DNA from: Elainellaceae cyanobacterium
GTDB lineage: Bacteria > Cyanobacteriota > Cyanobacteriia > CAZCXK01
Reading direction: 5' to 3'
Assembly: GCA_051117335.1 (NCBI GenBank)
Contig: JBNPEB010000040.1
Coordinates: 55,358-119,357, forward strand
Length of the DNA stretch: 64,000 bases
Shown in pieces: positions 1 to 9,489 of this stretch (positions within the stretch are counted from its first letter, which is position 1; each line of letters starts with the position of its first letter). A model generated the notes under the pieces. That model was not told the origin of the DNA. It saw only the letters and a program-made list of their open reading frames with translations, and made no database searches. The translations under genes were made by a program, and so were the position numbers.

Positions 1-1225
1 CATTTCCGTGATCTTAAATGGCATTGGAGTAACGAACCTTCCTACAGGAGCAGGACCTGTTTCCATTACATCCGGTGACTTTAACGGAGATGGTCAACTT
101 GATCTCGCAACCGCCAATATTCAAGCTAATAATGTGTCTATTGTTTTGGGCAATGGTCGCGGACAATTTGGAGCAGCTCGAACTGTTGCGGTCGGCCAAT
201 CACCGGCTGCTATTGTAAGTGGAGATTTCAGTGGGGATGGCATTAGTGACTTAGCTGTTGCCAACTATGGATCTGGCGATGTTTCGATTCTACTTGGCAA
301 TCGTTCTGGCAACGTTACTCTAGGCCAGAGTGTTCAGCCAGGTTCCTATTCTGCGTTATATTCGTTAGCTCGTGGTGATTTTAACGGCGACCAGCGACTC
401 GATTTAGCGACTGCCAGTTTTACATCAGGCAGAGGATTTACGTTAACGGATCAAGGAAATCAGCCTACACCTCCGCCCAATCCAACAGCATCCACGATAT
501 TGTTAACTGCTCCAACTGTCAATGCCATTCTCGAATCGAGGTTTTCGATCAACGCGAATCTTGACAGTGGTCGGTTATTGATTCGTTCAGCCCCTTCAAT
601 AACTCAAAATATTAAAGGGTTCCTCAATGTGTTTGGAACTCAAAAAAATGATCGGATCAAAGGGAGTCGTGCGAATAACTTGCTGGTGGGCAGTGGGGGA
701 AATGACAATATCAATGGGTCAGGGGGAAATGATGATCTGAATGGTGGCTCTGGTAATGATGTGTTGAAGGGCAATAGGGGAAGTGATCAGCTATTAGGAG
801 AAGAGGGTAATGATCGATTGATCGGAAATGGTGGAAACGATACCTTAATTGGTGGATTTGGCAAAGATACGTTGACGGGTAGTGGCGGGCGCGATCGCTT
901 TGTATTTGACATCAACGAACCCTTTAGACGAAAGATTGGTAAGGATCTCATTACGGACTTTAATCGACGCCAAGACAGAATCATTCTTGATCGCACAACA
1001 TTTGATTCAGTTAGAAATCAAGTTAGCTTTGAATCTGTCAGAACCATAGCTCAAGCTAAGCGAAGTCGAGCAGACGTAACATATCTACGCTCGCGGGGGA
1101 CATTGTTTTACAATGAAAATGGCCGTAGCGGGGGCTTTGGCGATGGTGGGGCATTTGCTGTAATTTCCAGACCTGATGCACCAAATCGAAGTCTAACTGC
1201 TTCAAACTTCGGGACTCAAGATTAG
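1..1225 (+). CDS. FG-GAP/VCBS-repeat plus hemolysin-type (RTX) calcium-binding-repeat secreted protein, 5' partial
   Basis: First in-frame start is GTG at 8, but the frame stays open to the window edge, so the gene likely continues upstream. Repeated DFNGDGxxDLAxAN motifs (FG-GAP/VCBS) are followed by tandem GGxGNDxLxG nonapeptides (RTX Ca-binding), e.g. GSGGNDNINGSGGNDDLNGGSGNDVLKGNRGSD. Confidence 0.7.
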   Translation, partial: ISVILNGIGVTNLPTGAGPVSITSGDFNGDGQLDLATANIQANNVSIVLGNGRGQFGAARTVAVGQSPAAIVSGDFSGDGISDLAVANYGSGDVSILLGNRSGNVTLGQSVQPGSYSALYSLARGDFNGDQRLDLATASFTSGRGFTLTDQGNQPTPPPNPTASTILLTAPTVNAILESRFSINANLDSGRLLIRSAPSITQNIKGFLNVFGTQKNDRIKGSRANNLLVGSGGNDNINGSGGNDDLNGGSGNDVLKGNRGSDQLLGEEGNDRLIGNGGNDTLIGGFGKDTLTGSGGRDRFVFDINEPFRRKIGKDLITDFNRRQDRIILDRTTFDSVRNQVSFESVRTIAQAKRSRADVTYLRSRGTLFYNENGRSGGFGDGGAFAVISRPDAPNRSLTASNFGTQD

Positions 1226-1253
1226 AGCATTACTCATGTATTTGCCAAGTATG

Positions 1254-2312
1254 TTAACTATCATTTTGCTCAATAGTCAGCAATTGCGCAATTTCATCCG
1301 TCTGAAAGCCAAGCGCCATAGGCTGCTGAGTTTCAGGCAGGATCTGAACGTCATATAATTCTGTAACAATGCCTTCTAGCCGAAGCCACTGAACAATGCT
1401 TCCTGTATTGATATTAATGACCATTAGACCACATCGGGCTTCTGCTCCATAGCTTGTTAGTTTCTCATCGAGCATCAGCCCTGAAAATGTTTTCTCATCT
1501 CCTCGTGATTTAGAAAGTCCAACAATGGCATAGTGCTTCCAAAAGGCAAGTCCTCTGAGGTATCCAGGGCAAAAAGCGATCGCCTCAAATGTGCCAGTTT
1601 CTTCATCCACATACCCCAATTCTCCTGTACCTGAATTGAGTAACCATAACCGATTGTTATACACTCGAGGCGAGTGGGGCATAGACAGTCCATTAACAAC
1701 AATCTCGTTTGTTTCCATATCAATCACACAACCACCATCATGCCGGCGATCGCGCCAGCTATCGATAATATTTGATTGACTACAAGCTGTTGCATATCGA
1801 GGCTGTCCATTTACCATTGCTATCCCATTCAAATGGCATCGATCTTCATTAATGATCTTGGAAATGAAAGGAGGATGCCATAAAGGAATACAGCTATGTC
1901 TTGAACTCAGTGTTGCAATAGAATTCAAAAGACTACTAATAAAAATGAGACGGTTTTCTTTGTCTAGGGCAATATCGTGAACATCTAAGTCGCCTGTTGT
2001 GTAACCAATACGGGGTACATAGAGCTTATCATAGCCACCATAGGTTTGGTCGGGTTGTAGGACTTGGTCAAATTGCCAAATTTGATATCGAGAACTCATG
2101 TAAAACCGCTGAGGATTCGCAACATATACTCCCATAGCGCGGTCAAAGTAACGCTCAAATCCAGATAGATTCCCCTCTGAATTCACTCCAATCAGCAGCA
2201 ATCGGTTGGTTTGATAAGTTGTGCAGATAAAGCTGATGCACTGTTCATTGAGCCATGAAATAATTTGCCGAGATCCGGTGAGTTCAATGGCAAGAGATTG
2301 CGATGAAATCAT
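1254..2312 (-). CDS. TIGR03032/DUF4915-like conserved hypothetical protein, coupled to tpsA
   Basis: 352-aa ORF whose start overlaps the stop of the upstream TpsA gene by 4 nt (ATGA), indicating translational coupling. The family assignment comes from my memory of this protein family and is not verified. Confidence 0.5.
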   Translation of the reverse strand: MISSQSLAIELTGSRQIISWLNEQCISFICTTYQTNRLLLIGVNSEGNLSGFERYFDRAMGVYVANPQRFYMSSRYQIWQFDQVLQPDQTYGGYDKLYVPRIGYTTGDLDVHDIALDKENRLIFISSLLNSIATLSSRHSCIPLWHPPFISKIINEDRCHLNGIAMVNGQPRYATACSQSNIIDSWRDRRHDGGCVIDMETNEIVVNGLSMPHSPRVYNNRLWLLNSGTGELGYVDEETGTFEAIAFCPGYLRGLAFWKHYAIVGLSKSRGDEKTFSGLMLDEKLTSYGAEARCGLMVININTGSIVQWLRLEGIVTELYDVQILPETQQPMALGFQTDEIAQLLTIEQNDS

Positions 2313-5053
2313 GTTGAAGAACGCAAATCAGAACATTTTCTACTGAGTATCAGTTGACCGCTGGGAAGTTGATATACGCCCTGCGGTTCAGTGATGGGAT
2401 CGCCAGCTTCCCAAAGACGATCGCGCTCAATAAACCACTGGGCCTGATGCTGCGAAATCATCTGGACATCACCCGTATCATAAGATGCGATCGCTGCATC
2501 TCCCGGACGTTGAGGCAATCCTCCAGAGCCGGTTACAACAAAGGTGCTGCCAGAGCTATCATTACGTGCTACACAGCTATTCTCAACAAGCGTTTCCGTA
2601 TCAATTAATCGATCTGAGAGGTTGGCTAAACTATTTTGGATAAATTGGGTATCCGGGAAAAAAACAACACCAGATTCAAGAGCACCCGTCGCACTGATAT
2701 CGACTCGATCATTGTTATCTAACGCATCTAAAAGCTCAAGATCAGGTGGCGTATCGTCTGGAACGAAATTTTCACCCAAAAATGCGTCAGTTACTAGATT
2801 GATGTTGCCACCCGTTCCATCGACAGAAAACGCAAAAATATCGCTATCATCAAATAATAAAATCGAATCCGCTGTCAATGTAATCGTTCCACCCCCACCA
2901 GTGCCTTGATTCACCTCGGTTCGAATGTCACTATCTCCCTCTAGGACAACATTCTTGGCGTTGATAATTACTCGCCCTCCTGATGAAGCTAATGATTGAG
3001 TAGTGATATCGCTATTCTCGATATTCAAGTCATCATCAAGTTGAATTTGAATGATGCCAGCATCTCCACTCCCAGCGCTACTAGCCTGAATGCGTGACTG
3101 ATCTTCTAAGATTAAAAATTGCCCCAAAATTCTAATATCACCACCTTGACTGCCACTTATTGTAGAAGTAGAAATTTCAGCTCCGTCACGGATTGATAAA
3201 TCTGGAGTGATAATGCGAATTGTGCCAGACGAGCCTGCCCCACTCGCATCACTAGAAATTTGGCTATTCAGTATGGAATTGGGAAGTGAACGACCCGATA
3301 CTTCAACGTTATCAGTTGCTAAAACAGTAATTGTTCCTGCTGAACCAGAAGCAAAAAGAGAGTCTGATCCAATGCTTCCCCCTTCCCGGATAGCTAAATG
3401 TGCAGTTGAAAGCCTGATATTTCCTGCATTTCCCAGACCTGTTGTGCTTGTGAAAATGCCGCTAGATTGAGGAACGAATGGCCCCGTGGACATCCCTTCG
3501 ATCAGAATGGATTCTGATGCACGAACAACAACATTTCCTGCAGGCCCATTTCCGGAGGTGCTGGATGTCACCTGTGACCCACCTCGTAATATTAATCGGT
3601 CTGCAACAATTTGAATATTGCCACTTTCACCTGCAGACGACACGGTCGATATCGTTGATTCACCTGAGAGCAGAATTTGCTCAAAACCTCGAATAACCAA
3701 ACGTTCACCTGTGCCGAGGGTCGCTCCTGCATCAATAATTGACTCATTGTCTACCCGAAGATTTCTCCCTGTAAGTCTTATCCGTCCGCCATTTCTTGTA
3801 CCTAGAGTGCTTGCAGAGATGGTACTTCCACCTAAGACATCAATACCACCTGTGGTTTGAATCGACAAACGGCCTGCATTGCCTGCATTACTATTCGTGA
3901 CAATCCGTGATTCATTTTGCAGAGTTACCTTATCTGAATGAATGGTGATAGGGCCTGCATTTCCTGCTTCAAGTGCAAGTGTACTGATTGCTGCACTGTT
4001 TTGTAACATCAACTGCTCGGCTCCAATAATAATTTGCCCACCTGTGCTATCGCCAAACGGCTGAGAGAAGACCTCCGACCTATCGGACAACAAAATGTTT
4101 TGCCCCCGTAGTTGAATATCACCGCTTGGGATTCCGCTGGTTCGAATGAATGTTTCCTGGGTGAGTTGAATATCACCAAACGATTGAATATCATCATAGT
4201 CGAGGCTCCAACCGTTATCTTGCGGAATCAGTCGAGCCTGAGTGGGTTCTTCAACACTGCCTAACTCGATTCGACCTCCAGGTGAATCTAAAAATGCAGC
4301 GGTTGCTGTTAGCTTTCCTCCTACTAGAGCAAGGGTAGTACCAGGTTGCATGAAAAGAAATGACTCTTGCAACGTAATTTCGCCTGGATTTGCACCAAAC
4401 TGTAGACCAACTGGCACGCTCACTGTTAACAAGGAGGGAGATGTGGGATTTGTTGCCCTGAAGCGATCGCCATTCTCAAATACAAACTCACTCGCAGTTG
4501 TCCCTATGAAGGAACTTTGGATATCCAGGCTGGCATTGGGGCCAAAGATAATGCCATTGGGATTTAGGAAGAATAGATTTGCAGCACCATCCACACCCAG
4601 CGTGCCTAAAATATCGGACGGATCGCTGCCCGTGACGCGGCTGAAAATATTGGCGATCGCCTGTGGGTTAGCAAAATAAACTCGCTGCCCGTCATTGACA
4701 TTAAATTCTAAAAAACTGTGAAACAGATTGGTATCTCGAATCGCGCCACCTTCGATTAGGTCTGCCAGTGCGCCGCGTACTTCCACACCTTCAGTCACGA
4801 TTGAATCTTCAGAACCCAATGTGTCATCGGGAACGATTTGAGCATCTCCAGGAGATGAAGCAATGGTTGTTGCGATGCTAGAAAGCAAGATGGCGATCGC
4901 TACTTGATCGTTGAGTCTAGATATCCGCTGTGGTGTTGGGAAGCAAATATTCATTTTAGGAGATGACCGAATTAGCAGAGATGCAGAAACAATATAAATG
5001 CCCAGGCAAATTATTGCACACTCACTCGGCCCATACAATATGCTAGCCAGCAT
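2309..5053 (-). CDS. Two-partner-secretion exoprotein (filamentous hemagglutinin N-terminal/TPS-domain protein, TpsA-like)
   Basis: The N-terminal region carries the haemagg_act/TPS signature (NLFHSFLEFNVNDGQRVYFANPQ...ANIFSRVTGSDPSDILGTLGVDGAANLFFLNPNGIIFGPNASLD). The long Gly/Ser/Thr-rich repeats are typical of a beta-helix. The likely true start is the internal Met at 4954 (MNICFPTPQRISRLNDQVAIAILLSSIATTIASSPGDA, signal-peptide-like). The C-terminal ~130 aa are homologous to the orphan fragment at 12595-13023. Confidence 0.85.
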   Translation of the reverse strand: MLASILYGPSECAIICLGIYIVSASLLIRSSPKMNICFPTPQRISRLNDQVAIAILLSSIATTIASSPGDAQIVPDDTLGSEDSIVTEGVEVRGALADLIEGGAIRDTNLFHSFLEFNVNDGQRVYFANPQAIANIFSRVTGSDPSDILGTLGVDGAANLFFLNPNGIIFGPNASLDIQSSFIGTTASEFVFENGDRFRATNPTSPSLLTVSVPVGLQFGANPGEITLQESFLFMQPGTTLALVGGKLTATAAFLDSPGGRIELGSVEEPTQARLIPQDNGWSLDYDDIQSFGDIQLTQETFIRTSGIPSGDIQLRGQNILLSDRSEVFSQPFGDSTGGQIIIGAEQLMLQNSAAISTLALEAGNAGPITIHSDKVTLQNESRIVTNSNAGNAGRLSIQTTGGIDVLGGSTISASTLGTRNGGRIRLTGRNLRVDNESIIDAGATLGTGERLVIRGFEQILLSGESTISTVSSAGESGNIQIVADRLILRGGSQVTSSTSGNGPAGNVVVRASESILIEGMSTGPFVPQSSGIFTSTTGLGNAGNIRLSTAHLAIREGGSIGSDSLFASGSAGTITVLATDNVEVSGRSLPNSILNSQISSDASGAGSSGTIRIITPDLSIRDGAEISTSTISGSQGGDIRILGQFLILEDQSRIQASSAGSGDAGIIQIQLDDDLNIENSDITTQSLASSGGRVIINAKNVVLEGDSDIRTEVNQGTGGGGTITLTADSILLFDDSDIFAFSVDGTGGNINLVTDAFLGENFVPDDTPPDLELLDALDNNDRVDISATGALESGVVFFPDTQFIQNSLANLSDRLIDTETLVENSCVARNDSSGSTFVVTGSGGLPQRPGDAAIASYDTGDVQMISQHQAQWFIERDRLWEAGDPITEPQGVYQLPSGQLILSRKCSDLRSST

Positions 5054-5204
5054 CCTAAAAACTTTAGAAGCAGAGAGTTTTTTGAAGAAGTATTAAGAAC
5101 TGTCTGACTCCATCATTTTCAAAAAATGCACCGAGCTTTTGGCTACTGCTAAAGGCCAAAACTCTCGATGCCGAAAAGACATAATAAACTTGTCGGGATT
5201 TAGA

Positions 5205-6545
5205 AACAATACTCCGGACAGTTCTAAGAGGCTATAGCCCCGTAATCAAGCAGCTTTCGGTAGTTGACATGGGATTTTATTAAAGTTGGCTCCAACTCAA
5301 AGAGGTCAATAAATAAGTCTAAAAGATGCTCATTGAGAGCCCGTCGCTTCAATGAGGCAATCGAAAAGCTCAACGGTTCTGTTTGACTCTGAGTCTGTTG
5401 TAAGGCCGCCTTCGCCAAGTTCAGGGCCATCAAACTGGCATTAACATGAGTGTCGATGGCCTCGGCAGAGCGGGCCTGACAATCGGCCAAACCGGTAAAT
5501 TGGCGGGCATCGCGAAAGATAAATTCAATCTGAAAGCGCGCGCTGTAGCAGCGATAGAGAAACACCGGGTCAATCTCCAGGTCAGTGGAAAACAGAACCC
5601 CATAGCTGCGACGACCCTTGTCCTCTTTGAGCAGATAAGCTAAGCGCACCGTCCGCTTGAGGCTCACCGACCAGACGATGGCAGTGTAGAGGTACACCCC
5701 ATCCTCCAGGCACTCGACCCACTGGAATCGACGGTGGTCCTTGAGATTGGCCTTACCGCCATATTTGCGCCGTGCGCCTCGCCCCTGATAGGAACCGTCA
5801 TAGAGAAACTTCAGATCGGCATCACAGCGGAGTTTGCCACTGGCATGAAAGCCGAGTTGCACCACGCCAGTGACCCACTTGTATTTGCTGTAGAAGCCAT
5901 CGGCGACGACATAACGAATCCATGCTGGGAAGTACATCATGCAGTCAGCCAGATGTCCGAGATAGAAATCAATGCGGTTACCTGTGGCGGAGTCCGTATC
6001 AACGGTCGTTTCTGCGGGGCGACTCAAACCAGCTTCCGTTTGTTGAGCCGAGAGCGTATAGCCAGTGTTTTGCTCCATATCCACAATCGCGACGACCGGG
6101 AGTTCCAGGCCCTTCTCCGCCCGCTGTGTTTTACCGTTATAGAACCAGTCTAAACCGTAGCTATGACGACCACTTTTCTCTAAAAAAGTGCAATCGACTA
6201 CCGCAATTTGAGCGCTTTGGTCGTGTCGCACCTGCTCAATCAGGCTCTGATTGAGACCTTCAACGCCGATGCCTTGCTCAAAATGGCGTCGGTAGGTGCG
6301 TTCTGAAAGGTCACTGTAGCGACTGAGATTGGTGTAGTTCACTTTGCCGCAGACCCCGAAAATCGTGGTCATCAGCGTCAGCAGAAATTGCCGTTGAGGT
6401 TTGCGAAACCACCGGTTGTCTCTAACAAACCGGTTAAAATCCGTATAAAGCTGTCCATCGGTGCGACCTGATTTGTTGCAGTCGTACTTTATAACGATGG
6501 ACGGCTTTCTTCCTAACTCCCAGAAAAACTGTCCGGACTATTGTT
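5205..6545 (-). mobile_element. Insertion sequence with a single DDE transposase gene and ~21-bp terminal inverted repeats
   Basis: Left end is AACAATACTCCGGACAGTT (5205-5223). The reverse complement of the right end is AACAATAGTCCGGACAGTT (6527-6545). That is a 21-bp IR with one mismatch, bracketing the transposase ORF 5224-6372. Element length is ~1.34 kb. Confidence 0.7.
5224..6372 (-). CDS. DDE transposase (IS4 superfamily-like; exact IS family not resolved)
   Basis: 382-aa ORF filling the space between the inverted repeats. Acidic catalytic candidates appear in VVDCTF, VVADGFYS and EFIFRDARQ contexts, typical of IS4/IS701-like transposases. The internal antisense ORFs are spurious. Confidence 0.75.
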   Translation of the reverse strand: MTTIFGVCGKVNYTNLSRYSDLSERTYRRHFEQGIGVEGLNQSLIEQVRHDQSAQIAVVDCTFLEKSGRHSYGLDWFYNGKTQRAEKGLELPVVAIVDMEQNTGYTLSAQQTEAGLSRPAETTVDTDSATGNRIDFYLGHLADCMMYFPAWIRYVVADGFYSKYKWVTGVVQLGFHASGKLRCDADLKFLYDGSYQGRGARRKYGGKANLKDHRRFQWVECLEDGVYLYTAIVWSVSLKRTVRLAYLLKEDKGRRSYGVLFSTDLEIDPVFLYRCYSARFQIEFIFRDARQFTGLADCQARSAEAIDTHVNASLMALNLAKAALQQTQSQTEPLSFSIASLKRRALNEHLLDLFIDLFELEPTLIKSHVNYRKLLDYGAIAS

Positions 6546-6633
6546 AGAAAAACACTCCATTTGTAAAAGAATGAGAGTCGGGAAATTAGTCTTATCCCGA
6601 CGTGTCTCATCCTAATAGTTGAAATAGGTTGTC

Positions 6634-7134
6634 TCACCTTTGAGTCATTTTGAACGCAAACTTTAACTCCTCTGGTGTTGGAATCGCAAAAATGATTTTG
6701 GCTGCTGAATCAAGGGCAGACATAGCATGTTCCATTGAGAAACCAGGATTATCATACTGCTCAGCAATAAATATTCCTAATCGAGCAGTATAGAGAAAAT
6801 TCAAAATGGCATTCATTACTGCTGTCCCCAATATGCCAATGCCAGTTGACATAAGAATAAGTCGTAATACAACGCTCCCTATGATATAAGAACCTGCACC
6901 TTGCAATAAATTCACAATGAACTTTTGAACTACTGCATCATCGGCGACATTCCCAGCAGCGTCAGCTATTCTCACAATCATTCCTATCCAAATAGCTGAA
7001 ACTCCCACAGTATCAACTCCAGGTAAAATGGCTCCAATAGTGCCTCCAGTTGCTGCTGCAGATAGTGAATGCTGAAAAATGATGTCTTGGTACTTGCCCA
7101 AATCATCGAGATTTGTTATTCGCGTAGTAGACAT
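6634..7134 (-). CDS. Hypothetical protein (hydrophobic, Gly/Ala-rich)
   Basis: 166-aa ORF with hydrophobic segments (GAILPGVDTVGVSAIWIGMIV; ILMSTGIGILGTAVMNAIL). No recognisable family. Confidence 0.4.
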   Translation of the reverse strand: MSTTRITNLDDLGKYQDIIFQHSLSAAATGGTIGAILPGVDTVGVSAIWIGMIVRIADAAGNVADDAVVQKFIVNLLQGAGSYIIGSVVLRLILMSTGIGILGTAVMNAILNFLYTARLGIFIAEQYDNPGFSMEHAMSALDSAAKIIFAIPTPEELKFAFKMTQR

Positions 7135-7763
7135 AGCTCACCTCCAAGTGGTGTTAAGACTAACGAACTGACGATTTACAAGTGGTGACAAAGAATTTTC
7201 AGTTGAATTTCTAAGTTGCTTGTATGGATATTCCAAATTAGCAGAACACAGAGTTCTAATAAGCAACTTATTATTAGCTGCTCTAATTAAGAGTGCAATA
7301 ATTCAACTGAGAAAATAACTACTGTATTCAGATAGGCATTAGCATCACAAATTAATGTGTCTATTCCTCCAATTCTTCCTATTTCAGGAATTCCTCTTGA
7401 ACATAGATTGAAATTGTTTGACTATCTGCAGGTAATGCATTATCTGCAAAGATTAACAGAAGGATCACAGGGGTAAACGGGAGTTTGGTTTTCATGATTA
7501 AAATCTCCGAAATTGCTTGAATGTTTCTAAACTCTATATCAAGCATTTTCCCAACAGGTGAATTTTCTAGCCAGATGAGTTTGTAGTTTCCTGCAAACAC
7601 TCCAGCTTAGAACTGCCATGAACTTCACTTGTTCTTTCATCTGACTTTCGTTAAACCTGTAAGTCTTAACAGAGAGCGAGCTTCTACTATTAAATCAACG
7701 CGATGGTCATGCTTCCTAGCACAAACCATCACACAGTTGAAACAACTAGGAGCTTAAGGAGTC

Positions 7764-9425
7764 ATGAATGCATTATCAGAAGTTTTTGGACACATACAAC
7801 TCCTCAACCGTGAAACAACTAGTCGAGATTCTAGAGAACTTGACTCAGCTCGAGATGGAGGTGACGCAGAAAATACTAGAAAAAACTTCCCAGAACAATT
7901 TGAACTAATGGATAGTGCAGATGTTAAGCAGCGTGATGCACGTACTGCTCTTACCCAGCTTCCGGAAGTTGAGCGATCACCCGATGCCGAAGAAGCAATG
8001 AGTGGTCCACCGGAATATGCCAGCAAAAAGATGCCCAACGTCTGGATTTATGATGGAGAAGCATATGATTTGACTGATTTCATTCAAAAGCATCCAGGGG
8101 GTGAATTCTTCATTGGGCGCTTGAGAAACCGAGATATCACCACGCTAGTCAATGTTTTGCATCGCAATCCGGATCGCGTGAAGAAGGTACTCAAGAAGTA
8201 TTCTCTTGAACGAAAAGCGACTCCCGATGACTTTCATCCTAAGTACAATGCGCCCCCTTTCTTGTTTCGAGATGGATTTGATGGCTGGCGTGATACTCCC
8301 AAATTTGATTTTCAAACCAAAGGGCAACTTCTAGACAGGATTAGAGCACGGCTGAATGAACCTGCTGCCAAAGCGGCGATCGCTCGCATGGATAAGCTCT
8401 TCGACCTGGCGATGATTATGCTGGCGATCGCCTATGTACTTGTGCAATTCCTACGTTTAGCAACGCCACAAGCAATTCCTATTTACTTGTTTGTACCCAT
8501 TATGGTGGCATTGAGAATTTCCCTTTCGGGTGCAGGTCATTATCTGATTCACCGAGCACAGGTTGGTCTCAATAAAGTTGCCTCTCACGTCTTTGATATC
8601 AACTATGTGCCTATGGCGTTCGTGGTGATTGATGGTCACACACTGATGCATCATCCCTATACTCAAAGCGAAGTAGATGTGAAGCGCAATGTGTTTACCG
8701 CCATGATGGATTTACCTTGCTATTACCGCATCCCGCTGCATACCATTCACAAACTCGGACATGTGCTAGTGGGAATGTTTGTTCGCAGTTTTGAGATGTG
8801 TGCCTATGCCATCAAACATGGCGTACATGATTTTTACGGATCATGGCAACGGGGATTGCCTCATTACTTAGGCATGTTGGGCATGCGAGTTCTACTTTTA
8901 GCCGAATTGCTTGTGTTTGCCTGGTTTGGCGATTTTGGTGCCTGGTTTGTGCAGTTTGTGCTAACAGTCTGGATTAGTACTTTCATGATTGTTGCTAGTC
9001 ATGACTTTGAAGAAGAAGAATCTGAAGCCGATCTAAATGAAGGACAAGACTGGGCAGTTTTTCAAATCAAAAACTCTTACGACCTGACGATGATTGGCAA
9101 CAAATATGTTGACTGTTTTTTGTCGGCAGGTTTGAGTCCTCACCGAGTCCATCATGTACTGCCATTTCAGAAAAGTGGCTTTGCCAATATCGCCAGCGAA
9201 GCAATTGTGCGAGAAGAAGCTGAGAAACTGGGGATTGCTTGGGTACAGCCCAAAAACTTCTTTGGCGATCGCCTCCTAATCATGGCACAGCACCATTTGC
9301 TCAGCCCCTCTCGAATGGCAAAGGAGAAAAATCTTGGATTGTTCAGCGAGCATCTCCATCCAAAGGCGCTTAAGGAATCAATTCAATATGTCTTCAAAGG
9401 TTTCATTGGAATCGGTTCTATCTAG
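7764..9425 (+). CDS. Cytochrome b5-fused membrane fatty-acid desaturase-like protein
   Basis: N-terminal cyt-b5 heme-binding motif (FIQKHPGGEFF). Three His boxes typical of membrane desaturases/hydroxylases: HYLIHR, HTLMHH and HRVHHVLPF. Multiple TM segments. Low GC relative to flanking genome. Confidence 0.75.
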   Translation: MNALSEVFGHIQLLNRETTSRDSRELDSARDGGDAENTRKNFPEQFELMDSADVKQRDARTALTQLPEVERSPDAEEAMSGPPEYASKKMPNVWIYDGEAYDLTDFIQKHPGGEFFIGRLRNRDITTLVNVLHRNPDRVKKVLKKYSLERKATPDDFHPKYNAPPFLFRDGFDGWRDTPKFDFQTKGQLLDRIRARLNEPAAKAAIARMDKLFDLAMIMLAIAYVLVQFLRLATPQAIPIYLFVPIMVALRISLSGAGHYLIHRAQVGLNKVASHVFDINYVPMAFVVIDGHTLMHHPYTQSEVDVKRNVFTAMMDLPCYYRIPLHTIHKLGHVLVGMFVRSFEMCAYAIKHGVHDFYGSWQRGLPHYLGMLGMRVLLLAELLVFAWFGDFGAWFVQFVLTVWISTFMIVASHDFEEEESEADLNEGQDWAVFQIKNSYDLTMIGNKYVDCFLSAGLSPHRVHHVLPFQKSGFANIASEAIVREEAEKLGIAWVQPKNFFGDRLLIMAQHHLLSPSRMAKEKNLGLFSEHLHPKALKESIQYVFKGFIGIGSI

Positions 9426-9489
9426 TTCACCACCCTACTGAAATTTTGAACCTGTCGACTGTAATGCCACATAACGGAGTGAAACCCTC

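Noticed and set aside
2354-4679. Several plus-strand ORFs (84-145 aa) within the tpsA gene
   Set aside because: They are antisense shadows of a long repetitive Gly/Ser/Thr-rich gene. No start context or motifs.
5446-6254. Three plus-strand ORFs (65, 139, 110 aa) inside the IS element
   Set aside because: They are antisense to the intact 382-aa transposase gene and have no independent coding signal.
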